In this document: piece after piece, positions 1-8,559 of the stretch | How positions within the stretch are numbered: position 1 is the first letter of the stretch | Layout: every line of letters begins with the position of its first letter | Origin: Thermococcus sp. JdFR-02 | GTDB lineage: Archaea; Methanobacteriota_B; Thermococci; Thermococcales; Thermococcaceae | Assembly: GCA_002009975.1 (NCBI GenBank) | Contig: MTLP01000028.1 | Location: 1-64,000 of the forward strand | Direction: 5' to 3' | Length of the DNA stretch: 64,000 nucleotides | The notes under the pieces: model-generated | Told to the model about the DNA's origin: nothing | The model's database searches: none | The model's input: only the letters and a program-made list of their open reading frames with translations | Position numbers and translations under genes: made by a program

Positions 1-148
1 TTTGTAGAATAGGTTAGTTTGGTAGAATAGCCCGTTTTTTTATGGGCAAACTGAAAAACCAAGGATAAATAAATCCCCCCACATAAGCATCAACGCCAAT
101 TTATGGATCTTTATTTATAAATCTTATGGAAAAATAAAAGAGCAAAGA

Positions 149-523
149 TTAACCTTCGACTATCCTTTCTTCTTCTGGTTCTCCCTTCCTTCTGCTCTCA
201 TTTCTTATAACTTGCATAATGTAATCTATAAACTTTCTAACCTCTTCAAGATCCTCTTCGGGAATATCGGCTATCTTGCGGTTGTTCTTTTTATATGATA
301 GTCTCTTTAAAAGGAGTAACCTGCCAATAGCGGTCTTTGTTGTAATCTTTCCCTCTTTCCAATCTCTCCAAATTGCGTTGGCAATCCCATAGAATTCGGG
401 AATGCTGTCTAATCCTTCATCCCCAACATCTATTACTTCCTTTCCCAGATATTTATACCTCTTTTCTTTTTCTTCCTCCGTGAGGCTTTTTCCCTTCCTA
501 TAGGGTAGCTCATATTCAGACAT
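149..523 (-). CDS. Hypothetical protein, 124 aa, charged
   Basis: ATG-initiated ORF with TATA-like AT-rich upstream region; no motif recognised. Confidence 0.65.
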   Translation of the reverse strand: MSEYELPYRKGKSLTEEEKEKRYKYLGKEVIDVGDEGLDSIPEFYGIANAIWRDWKEGKITTKTAIGRLLLLKRLSYKKNNRKIADIPEEDLEEVRKFIDYIMQVIRNESRRKGEPEEERIVEG

Positions 524-649
524 GGCTCATCACTACTTTATTTATATTTTACGAACCCTTATAAGGAATTTGCTCAATAACGCCTTCAGTTAAAGTTATA
601 AGGGCATCATTAAAATAGACATCTGAACATTAATATACTGGTGAAAAGT

Positions 650-1849
650 ATGGAACATATAATCCCTCTAATAAAGCTCCTCCTCACGTTTGCCGTTGTT
701 ATCATCATGGTAAGGTTAAAGATACACATAGGGTTATCAATCTTTGCTGGAGCAGTTATACTTGGTCTTTTATTTAAGTTAACACCAGTGGATCTTTTAA
801 GGGAATTAATTTATAGTTCAACTTCATGGCAAACAGTGAGGCTGATTTTGATTATCGTGTTTGTGATGTCCTTAAGTGCTATTTTTTCTCAAATTGGCTA
901 TTTGAAGGATATGGAAAGGGCAATAAGGGAACTTTTCCCAAAGGCAAAGTATTCCTTAGCGATGCTGCCAGCTTTAATTGGGTTAATGCCAATGCCAGCT
1001 GGAGCTTTAGTTTCAGCGCCCATGATCGAGGAAGTTGCAAATAAGCTTAATCTCAAGCCAGAGGAAAAAACTTTAGTGAATTATTGGTTTAGGCACGTAT
1101 GGGAGTTCTCTTGGCCCATGTATCAGTCAATTATAATTGCTTCTGCTGTCATCGGTATAGCAGTAAGGGAGATAAGCATTAAGCTGTTCCCATTGACACT
1201 GATAATGATTTTCTTAGGTTATTTATTCATGCTTAGACCAATAAAAGATGAAAATTCAAAAGTGGGAAACAGGAAAGAAGGATTAAAGCTTTTGTTCAAA
1301 GCCACGTATCCAATTCTCGTGATAATTTTGATCTCTATAGTTCTTGGATATGATATGGTTTATGGTGCTTTTATTGGAGTTTTGTCAGCAGCTCTACCTA
1401 ATTTTAAAAACCTAAGCAAAAAAGATGTCTTGAAGCAGGGATTGCAACCCAAAATAATCTTTCTCTTAATTGGTGTGATGTACTTTAAACATATTTTAGA
1501 GACTACAGGGGCAGTAGAAGCATTACCCAATGCTATATTGGAGTTAAATTTGCCAGTAATCTTGATTATACTGCTAACCCCATTTTTGGTTGGTTTAATG
1601 ACGGGGATAAGTTTCGCATATGTTGGAATGACCTTTCCTCTTTTGCTGCCTTTCTTTACAAGCTTTGATAAAATAGCTCTAGCATATTTGGGCGGATATA
1701 TGGGGATACTATTCAGCCCTGTACATCTATGCTTAGTGTTCTCTTCCGAGTACTACAGAGCTGAGATTGGCAAGGTATATGTTAAGCTTTTAATTCCTAG
1801 CTTAGCTCTATTCGTCGTTGGAGTGCTTTATATTTTTCTATTGAAGTAA
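650..1849 (+). CDS. DUF401/TIGR00529 family membrane protein (ion-transporter superfamily)
   Basis: Multi-TM; motifs PALIGLMPMPAGALVSAPM, NYWFRHVWE, SPVHLCL. Confidence 0.8.
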   Translation: MEHIIPLIKLLLTFAVVIIMVRLKIHIGLSIFAGAVILGLLFKLTPVDLLRELIYSSTSWQTVRLILIIVFVMSLSAIFSQIGYLKDMERAIRELFPKAKYSLAMLPALIGLMPMPAGALVSAPMIEEVANKLNLKPEEKTLVNYWFRHVWEFSWPMYQSIIIASAVIGIAVREISIKLFPLTLIMIFLGYLFMLRPIKDENSKVGNRKEGLKLLFKATYPILVIILISIVLGYDMVYGAFIGVLSAALPNFKNLSKKDVLKQGLQPKIIFLLIGVMYFKHILETTGAVEALPNAILELNLPVILIILLTPFLVGLMTGISFAYVGMTFPLLLPFFTSFDKIALAYLGGYMGILFSPVHLCLVFSSEYYRAEIGKVYVKLLIPSLALFVVGVLYIFLLK

Positions 1850-1915
1850 CAAAGGGTGGTTTTTGAACCGATAATATTTAATATTTGGGTAACGTATATA
1901 ATATTAGGTGTAAGA

Positions 1916-2992
1916 ATGAATCCATTGTGGCTGGACATTGGGAGAGGGCTTAGTCTTTCTCTTAAGTTGTCTGCAGCAGGTTTTATATATTACATCTATT
2001 TTAAAGACAAAAGAAAATCTGCTTTATGTTTATCGTTAGCATGGCTTTCTGCAGCTCTTTCCATTGGTTTTGATTTTCTTCAAGTAGAAGAATTAAATGC
2101 TTTTTTTGAGTCTCTCTTTGCATCTCTTCTGTTTTATGGTATCCTAAAGATTCTTGAAGAAGAAGGAAAGTTCATGGTTTTTAGAGAGTTATTCCCTGTA
2201 TCATTTACTCCATTCCTTGTTGTTTCTTATTTCTTGGGTCTTAATGGTGTTAGAAACTTTGATGGATGGATGTTCTCAATAGGGATTTCTTATGCCGTTT
2301 CAGGCTTGTTTATTTTCTTTTCTGGAACCCTTGTGGCAAAATTAATACCCATATATGGAAGAAGAGCAAGGATATTATCTCCCTCTTTAATGTTTTATGG
2401 TATTCACGAAATGGATTATCCCTTTTTGAGACCCGTGGATTGGTTTGCTCCAATTGGATTCTTCATTGGAGCATTATTAACATTCCTAATTTCTTTTTCA
2501 ATAGTTCGCTTTGTTTTGACCGAAGAGTTTCGTAAACTTAAGGAAAGCGGTAAGGTAAAGGAGGTGGAAATTGAGAGCGGTATTTTGATAGTAAATAAGG
2601 AGGAATATGAAAAGTTAAAGGATAAGTTAAAAGATGTAACGGTATTGGCATTTTTGAGGGACCTTGAAAATGTTCCTAAAACTTGGGAAACATTTTTTAT
2701 AACCAACATCGTTGATAAAGAGAGGAAAACAATATCTCCAACTGACTTGGCAAAGATGACTGAACTTTCAAATAGATACTTAAAATCCTCCTCTTCAATA
2801 GGTTCTAGAGGGATTATAGTAATTGATTGCCTTGAATACTTGCTCATGTATAATAAGTTTTCAAGTGTCATGAAATTTTTAAGTGCCCTTAGAGATTTTA
2901 TTTTAATAAATAACGGGACCTTAATACTCGTGACAGAACAATCAGCTTGGACTGAAAAGCAATGGATACTTTTAAGGAGATTGTTAGAATAA
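1916..2992 (+). CDS. Membrane sensor domain fused to C-terminal DUF835 domain
   Basis: About 7 TM helices including GIHEMDYPFLR, then ISPTDL...IVIDCLEYLLMYNKFSSVMKFLSALRD; AGGTG RBS before ATG 1916. Confidence 0.8.
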   Translation: MNPLWLDIGRGLSLSLKLSAAGFIYYIYFKDKRKSALCLSLAWLSAALSIGFDFLQVEELNAFFESLFASLLFYGILKILEEEGKFMVFRELFPVSFTPFLVVSYFLGLNGVRNFDGWMFSIGISYAVSGLFIFFSGTLVAKLIPIYGRRARILSPSLMFYGIHEMDYPFLRPVDWFAPIGFFIGALLTFLISFSIVRFVLTEEFRKLKESGKVKEVEIESGILIVNKEEYEKLKDKLKDVTVLAFLRDLENVPKTWETFFITNIVDKERKTISPTDLAKMTELSNRYLKSSSSIGSRGIIVIDCLEYLLMYNKFSSVMKFLSALRDFILINNGTLILVTEQSAWTEKQWILLRRLLE

Positions 2993-3050
2993 TGTGCCCT
3001 CCCCGACCGACCCCCGTTCATTTATCGCGGGAGTGTGAGTGGGGAGGGCT
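2990..3050 (-). ncRNA. H/ACA pseudouridylation guide sRNA, Pab91-like
   Basis: Minus strand GCCCTCCCC-ACTCACA-CTCCCGCGATAAATGAACGGGGG-TCGGTC-GGGGAGGGC-ACA: basal stem, internal pocket, apical K-loop-like GA pairs, ACA box; TTTAAAA about 25 nt upstream. Confidence 0.8.
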
Positions 3051-3100
3051 AAAAGTTTATATGGTCTTGATGTTTTAAAGCCTTTTACATGGTGATACTC

Positions 3101-3718
3101 ATGAGCTTGGATAACACAATAGCTAAACTCTTTGCAATTGGAGCTGACTTAAGCACAAGAAACGCTGTGAGGATAGCTTTGTCTTTAATAAGTGAAGATG
3201 AAGATTTAGCAGATCAAATCTACGTCGCGATTAAGAATAAGGCATACAAAGAAGATTTTGCAAAGATTCCTGTTGAATATAGGGCTATTTTTATCCCCCA
3301 ATGTCTCAGGAACATTAAAGAATGTCCAGCAGAGTTTGGAAAATATGGATGGAAATGTACGAAATGTGGAAAATGTGTAATTGGGGACATCATTGAATAT
3401 GGAGAAAAGCTCGGCTATAAACAATTTTACATAACACCTGGAGGAAGTTTAGTCAAGAAGATCCTCAAAGAAAAAGTGCCAAAGGGAGAAATAAAAGCTG
3501 CATTAGGAATTGCTTGTTGGCCAGAATTAGCTGAAGCTGAAGAAAAGCTTTCGATTTTAAAGATTCCCCTTCAAGCAGTTCCATTGTTAAAAGCTGGATG
3601 CATAAACACAATTGTTGATATAGAACATGTTAAGGAAGTTATGAAAATTGGATTGGAAGGCAAGCATGCTTCATCTAAAGCTCTACATTTGGATGCAAAG
3701 CCGAATCCAGTTCCTTAG
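3101..3718 (+). CDS. DUF116 domain protein
   Basis: FIPQCLR..CPA, CTKCGKC, PGGS, GIAC.EL, GCINT motifs. Confidence 0.8.
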   Translation: MSLDNTIAKLFAIGADLSTRNAVRIALSLISEDEDLADQIYVAIKNKAYKEDFAKIPVEYRAIFIPQCLRNIKECPAEFGKYGWKCTKCGKCVIGDIIEYGEKLGYKQFYITPGGSLVKKILKEKVPKGEIKAALGIACWPELAEAEEKLSILKIPLQAVPLLKAGCINTIVDIEHVKEVMKIGLEGKHASSKALHLDAKPNPVP

Positions 3719-4550
3719 CTTTTTCACTATTTCTTATTTCATTCCATATTGCCAAAAGTATTAACAAGGCTCCTAGATATCCTTTTATGCTTAGAATCTC
3801 TCTCATTGTTATGAACGCTGAGATATGACCAAATATAGGCTCAGCTGAATAAATTAAAGCAGCTTTATGAGCTTTTGTTTCTTTTTGATACTTGACCTGC
3901 ATTGTAAACGCTATTACAGTTGCAAATAAACCTGTATAAAGAATTCCTGACCAAGGTATTATATTCTTAGGAAGAACTATGCCTTCAACGAATCTTGCAT
4001 ATGTGAATGAAAATATAAAATTCCAGAAAATCTGCCAAAATGCTAAGCTTAAATAGTCTTTTTCACCAAACTTCTGAACTAAAACTATTTGGAAAGCAAA
4101 AGAGAGTGCACATAGAACTGTTAGTAAGTCTCCTTTGTTAAAGTCTAAAGTAGCTCCTGAGATTAAATAGAGACCTATCACAGCGATTCCAAGAGAAATG
4201 AAATCCCCACCTTTTAAGCGGTCTTTTAGTATAAAGTAAGCTATAAATGGTGTGAAAACCACATAAAGGGAAGTTATGAAAGCGGAATTTGATGCTGTTG
4301 TATATTTTAAGCCAATTATTTGAAAACCATGTCCAAAGAAAAGGGTAATCCCTAAAATCATTCCTGGTACAAAGGTTTCTTTTTTGAAAATTTTTCTTCT
4401 GAAAATAAGGAACATTAAAAGTGAAGCAATTCCAAAGCGATAAGCTAAAAATGCTATTGGAGAAATGTACTCTAAGCTAAGTTTCATTGCTGGAAACGTA
4501 AATCCCCAAATAGCTGTGATTCCAAGCAGTATTAATTCCGCTTTTTTCAT
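3675..4550 (-). CDS. EamA/DMT family transporter
   Basis: IWGFTF, AYRF, GL.YTTASNSAFITSL, EPIF; two EamA repeats. Confidence 0.9.
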   Translation of the reverse strand: MKKAELILLGITAIWGFTFPAMKLSLEYISPIAFLAYRFGIASLLMFLIFRRKIFKKETFVPGMILGITLFFGHGFQIIGLKYTTASNSAFITSLYVVFTPFIAYFILKDRLKGGDFISLGIAVIGLYLISGATLDFNKGDLLTVLCALSFAFQIVLVQKFGEKDYLSLAFWQIFWNFIFSFTYARFVEGIVLPKNIIPWSGILYTGLFATVIAFTMQVKYQKETKAHKAALIYSAEPIFGHISAFITMREILSIKGYLGALLILLAIWNEIRNSEKAKELDSALHPNVEL

Positions 4551-4671
4551 GAAAGTTCACCTATTTCATGCCCATAAGTGTTTAATTTAAACTTTAATCT
4601 AAACGCTATGATTTGCGTAAGGGATATATAACACTTTGCTCCTAATAGCCTTAGATTTTTGAGGTGATATC

Positions 4672-5199
4672 ATGGGAGAGGAAAATGAAAGAGTGTGGAT
4701 ATTGATAACACCAGATAAGTGCAGTGGATGCAGGTTGTGTGAAGTTGCTTGTAGTTTAGAGCATGAAGGCATTATATGGCCTGAAGCTTCACGTATAAGG
4801 GTTTTTGAGCTCTTACCCGGTATAAATGTTCCTCACACTTGTGTTCAATGCCCAGATTATCCCTGTGTAAATTCTTGTCCAACAAATGCATTAAGCGTTG
4901 ATGAAAAAACAGGCGCAGTTTTGGTTGATGAGGAGAAGTGTATAGAATGTGGAGCCTGTATAACAGCTTGTCCAGGAAAAGTTCCAAGAATTCCAATTGG
5001 AAAGGGAAGTGTTGTAATATGCGATCTATGTGAGGGAAGTCCTAAATGTGTAGAAATTTGTCATGAAGCTGGACATGATGCTTTGATATTAGTTAAGGGC
5101 AATTATAGAAGCATTTACAGAACTTTTGCTATAGATCCAATAGAGAAAGCTCAAGACTTAACAAAGAAAGTTTTTGGTGAAGAATTTTTAGGTGGTTGA
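4672..5199 (+). CDS. 4x[4Fe-4S] polyferredoxin-like small subunit (WOR5-S type)
   Basis: CSGCRLCEVAC, CVQCPDYPCVNSCP, CIECGACITACP, CDLC...C; adjacent to AOR-family gene. Confidence 0.85.
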   Translation: MGEENERVWILITPDKCSGCRLCEVACSLEHEGIIWPEASRIRVFELLPGINVPHTCVQCPDYPCVNSCPTNALSVDEKTGAVLVDEEKCIECGACITACPGKVPRIPIGKGSVVICDLCEGSPKCVEICHEAGHDALILVKGNYRSIYRTFAIDPIEKAQDLTKKVFGEEFLGG

Positions 5200-5200
5200 A

Positions 5201-7078
5201 ATGTTTGGATACGCTGGTAAGCTTATTGATGTTGATTTAAGCAAGGAAGAGATTAAAATAGTTGAGTTTAATGAAGAGGTAGCTAAGAGGTTCTACGGCG
5301 GAAGAGGTTTGGGTGTTTATCTGCTCTGGAAGGAGCTTGGTGAAAAGTGGGAGGAAGTTGATCCACTAAGCGAGAAGAATTTGCTTTTGGTCTTAACAGG
5401 ACCTTTAACGGGTTATTATCCAGGAATAAAGACTGCTGTGGTTTCAAAATCACCAGAAAGCAATGGAACAGTTGGAAGTGTTTTGAGCAGTGAGGTTGGA
5501 ATAGAACTTAAAGCTTCTGGCTACGATGGAATTATCATTAGAGGAAAGGCAAAAGAGCCTGTTTATCTTTTTGTGAACAACGACACAATTGAAATTAGAG
5601 ATGCAAGTAAATACTGGGGAATGGATGGCACTGAATTGGTTAAAACCTTAACAAAAGATGTTCATGAAGAGCTTAAAAAGAAAGAAAAGCTCAAAGGAGT
5701 TCCAAAAGAACCTGCGATAATGTATATTGGAAGAGGGGGAGAAAATAAAGTTCGCTTTGCCGCGATAATGAGTAAGCTAATGCATGCCGCGGGGTATGGT
5801 GGATATGGTGCTGTTATGGGGAGCAAAAACCTAAAGGCAATAGTTGTTAAGGGAAGCAAGGCTTTACCAGAGGTTTATGACAAAGCAAAAATGAAAGAAA
5901 TGATAAGAGAATTTCAAAGGGAACTTTTAACCTTAACTACTTTTAGAGAATGGGGAACTGGTGCTGGTGGATATAGCGTGGGAAAAGATAGATCAAGTCA
6001 ACCTGTAAAGAATTGGCAAGACGAGTACCACGATAATGAAGAAATCAGTGTAGCTAATTTTGAGAATAAGGTTTGGATAAAGAAGTATTGGGCTGACTAT
6101 GGATGTCCAGTTAATTGTATGAAAATCTCTTACCTTAGATATGGTCCCTATAAAGGTTCAATAACAGATGCCCCTGACTATGAATTAATGGCATACATGG
6201 GAACTAACTTGGGAATTTTTGAGCCTGAGAAAATCGTTTATCTCTCTTACCTAGTTGATGAATATGGCTTAGATGGTATAAACGCTGGTAATGTATTGGG
6301 CTTTGCCGCTGAATTATATCAAAGAGGCATTTTGACTAAGGAAGACCTTGGTTTTGAGCTTAAATGGGGGGATGAAAGAGCTTTTGCAAAGTTGCTTGAG
6401 TTAATAGTGAAAAGAGAGGGAATTGGAGAAATCTTAGCAGAAGGAACGTATAGAGCTGCATTGAGGATAAGCAAGATAAAAGGCGTTGATGTTTTAAAAT
6501 ATGCCGTTCATGTAAAAGGAATAGGCGTTGGAGCTCATGGAATTAGAAGTGAACTTGACTACACAAAGGATGTGAGTTATGCTGTCTCTGTCCAAGGAGG
6601 AGATCACACATCAACTGCGGGACTCCCAGCTATAAGCTATGAAGGTGAATTGGTCAACACCTACTATGACTCAGCAGTTATTTGTATGTTCACAACAAAG
6701 CCAGGCTTTGAAAGGATTATAGAGTTTGGAAATGCTTTAACGGGCTTTGACTTAACACCAGAAAAATGGTTAAATGAAGTTGGTTTAAGGATAATACACC
6801 TGCAGAGGATTCTTCTTTTACTTGGGGGACCAGATATCTGCTGGGATCCAAGAAAGGATGACGATAATCCAGAGCGCTTTTATGAGCCTTTGCCAAGCGG
6901 TCCAGCAAAGGGGAAAGCTCCAAACAGAGAGGAGATAAAGCAAAAGGTTAAACAATATTACGAGGAAATAGGTTATGATGAAAACGGTATTCCAAAGGAA
7001 GAAGTTTTAGAAAAACTCGGCTTAAGTAAAGCAAAAAGAGAAGTAAAGAGAATTAAGAGGAGACTTAACTTAGAGTGA
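5201..7078 (+). CDS. wor5: Tungsten aldehyde:ferredoxin oxidoreductase family, WOR5-type large subunit
   Basis: GYAGK..VDLS, GPLTG, KSP, GAVMGSKNLKAI, DEYGLD; paired with an Fe-S subunit as in PF1479/PF1480. Confidence 0.8.
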   Translation: MFGYAGKLIDVDLSKEEIKIVEFNEEVAKRFYGGRGLGVYLLWKELGEKWEEVDPLSEKNLLLVLTGPLTGYYPGIKTAVVSKSPESNGTVGSVLSSEVGIELKASGYDGIIIRGKAKEPVYLFVNNDTIEIRDASKYWGMDGTELVKTLTKDVHEELKKKEKLKGVPKEPAIMYIGRGGENKVRFAAIMSKLMHAAGYGGYGAVMGSKNLKAIVVKGSKALPEVYDKAKMKEMIREFQRELLTLTTFREWGTGAGGYSVGKDRSSQPVKNWQDEYHDNEEISVANFENKVWIKKYWADYGCPVNCMKISYLRYGPYKGSITDAPDYELMAYMGTNLGIFEPEKIVYLSYLVDEYGLDGINAGNVLGFAAELYQRGILTKEDLGFELKWGDERAFAKLLELIVKREGIGEILAEGTYRAALRISKIKGVDVLKYAVHVKGIGVGAHGIRSELDYTKDVSYAVSVQGGDHTSTAGLPAISYEGELVNTYYDSAVICMFTTKPGFERIIEFGNALTGFDLTPEKWLNEVGLRIIHLQRILLLLGGPDICWDPRKDDDNPERFYEPLPSGPAKGKAPNREEIKQKVKQYYEEIGYDENGIPKEEVLEKLGLSKAKREVKRIKRRLNLE

Positions 7079-7152
7079 TCTCTTTTCTTTTTAACCTTTA
7101 GTTCCAGAAATTCTTATATTAAGAAAGCTTAATGGCAAGTAGGTGAGAAAAA

Positions 7153-7482
7153 ATGTGGAGAGAGCAACTAAAGAAAGGTTTCATTGAAACCGATGAATTC
7201 TTAATTGAGCTTACAATTGGGGGAGAATGCGGAGAATGGCTTCCAAGTTTAGCTCTATATGACAAGCTCAATGATACTTGGTACTACTTTGACAATGACA
7301 TGTTTCCAGGAGATACAAAGGAGGAAGCGGAAAGAAATGCATTGGAACTATTTGAGAAGCTCGTTATTGGATTGGAGAAGCCTATACTGAAGATTTCACC
7401 AATGAAAGAGGCTCCAAAAGAAGTTTATGAACGTTTAGAGAAATTCCTAAGAAAGCTCAGGGAGGAAGGGAGAGGTATATGA
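7153..7482 (+). CDS. Hypothetical protein, 109 aa
   Basis: AGGTGA RBS; ATGA overlap with the next gene. Confidence 0.75.
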   Translation: MWREQLKKGFIETDEFLIELTIGGECGEWLPSLALYDKLNDTWYYFDNDMFPGDTKEEAERNALELFEKLVIGLEKPILKISPMKEAPKEVYERLEKFLRKLREEGRGI

Positions 7483-7712
7483 AGGTTAAACTACGCCTTT
7501 ATGGAGAATTAGCTTTAAAATTTTCTCCTTATTTAGAGTTAGAGGTTAAAGAAGACACTACTATTGGTGAGCTCTTAAGTGGGCTTAGAATAAGCCCTCG
7601 AGAGCATCATATAATCGTTAATGAGAGGAAAGTAAATGAAAATTACAAGCCAAAAGAAGGCGATGAAATAAAGCTTTTGCCAGTCGTTTATGGCGGTTAT
7701 TCACATATATAA
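7479..7712 (+). CDS. moaD: MoaD/ThiS family ubiquitin-like protein with a 4-aa extension after GG
   Basis: MKVKLRLYGEL...IIVN...EGDEIKLLPVVYGG-YSHI. Confidence 0.8.
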   Translation: MKVKLRLYGELALKFSPYLELEVKEDTTIGELLSGLRISPREHHIIVNERKVNENYKPKEGDEIKLLPVVYGGYSHI

Positions 7713-7984
7713 ATCTGCTCAATGTTCATGGTTAAGTATAACTCTACAACACCATCTCTAATGTTTTTGAGTATCTTTGGTTTCAACTCTTCAAGCTCTT
7801 TCTCGCTTAGTTCTGCTTTATCTTCAAGCCTTAAAATTTTTCCACTCCTTTTATCTAGAACTACGACCTCTTTTTCAACTATCAATGGAATATAGTTAAT
7901 GGCTACCCTATACATCTTTTCGGCAAACGCTGCTTTGCTTCTCAAATGATCTAGGCACCATTTTAGTTCATCCATGACATTCAC
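7697..7984 (-). CDS. Hypothetical protein, about 95 aa
   Basis: ORF fills the gap, GGTGA RBS-like sequence, typical composition. Confidence 0.65.
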   Translation of the reverse strand: MNVMDELKWCLDHLRSKAAFAEKMYRVAINYIPLIVEKEVVVLDKRSGKILRLEDKAELSEKELEELKPKILKNIRDGVVELYLTMNIEQIYICE

Positions 7985-8037
7985 CGTTCAGAAAACTTTA
8001 AGGCAAGCTTTTAATTATTATCTTTTCGGTGACTTGG

Positions 8038-8559
8038 ATGAAAGACTTTGAAAGAGCTTTGCAGACCTTTCATTCTTTAAGAGTAAAACAGATAATGCCA
8101 TCTATTTTAAACATGCCCATAGCCGATAAAAACACTCCTCTAATTGATATTTTTAAAATTCTGAGGACGAGACATCACGTTTGGGTTGTTAATAATAAAA
8201 AAGATATGAAACCAATTGGTTTTATTAGATACCGCAATATAATAGACTTTCTTTTACCTCCGGGATCACACATGGCTCGTTTTGGGAAGATCAGTGATGT
8301 TTTTAAATCTATACTCGGAGGAGCCGAGACTGCTAAAGATATCATGGATAAGAACTTTCTAACAATAGATGAAAATGCAACTGTTTTGGAAGCTTTAGAG
8401 AAGATGAAGAAGTACAAAGTTCAGATTTTAGCGATAACAAAAGATGGGAGGTTGGTTGGTGAGATAAGCCTCAGATTACTTGTGAATGAATTGCTAAGAC
8501 TTATGAGAGTAGGTGGTGCAGAATGGAGCCAGAGTACGCACTCCTCACAATCGGAGTAG
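8038..8559 (+). CDS. CBS-domain pair protein
   Basis: VKQIM...; TAKDIMDKNFLTIDENATVLEALEKM...LVGEIS. Confidence 0.85.
   Translation: MKDFERALQTFHSLRVKQIMPSILNMPIADKNTPLIDIFKILRTRHHVWVVNNKKDMKPIGFIRYRNIIDFLLPPGSHMARFGKISDVFKSILGGAETAKDIMDKNFLTIDENATVLEALEKMKKYKVQILAITKDGRLVGEISLRLLVNELLRLMRVGGAEWSQSTHSSQSE

Noticed and set aside
1-50. Duplicated GTAGAATAG and a GCCC-T7-GGGC hairpin, possibly a degenerate repeat end
   Set aside because: Only two 9-bp copies at the window edge with no spacer periodicity; more likely a terminator-like sequence or chance
2416-3021. 201-aa antisense ORF, and the many other short overlapping ORFs in the track
   Set aside because: Shadows of well-supported genes; no motifs; this one starts inside the H/ACA RNA
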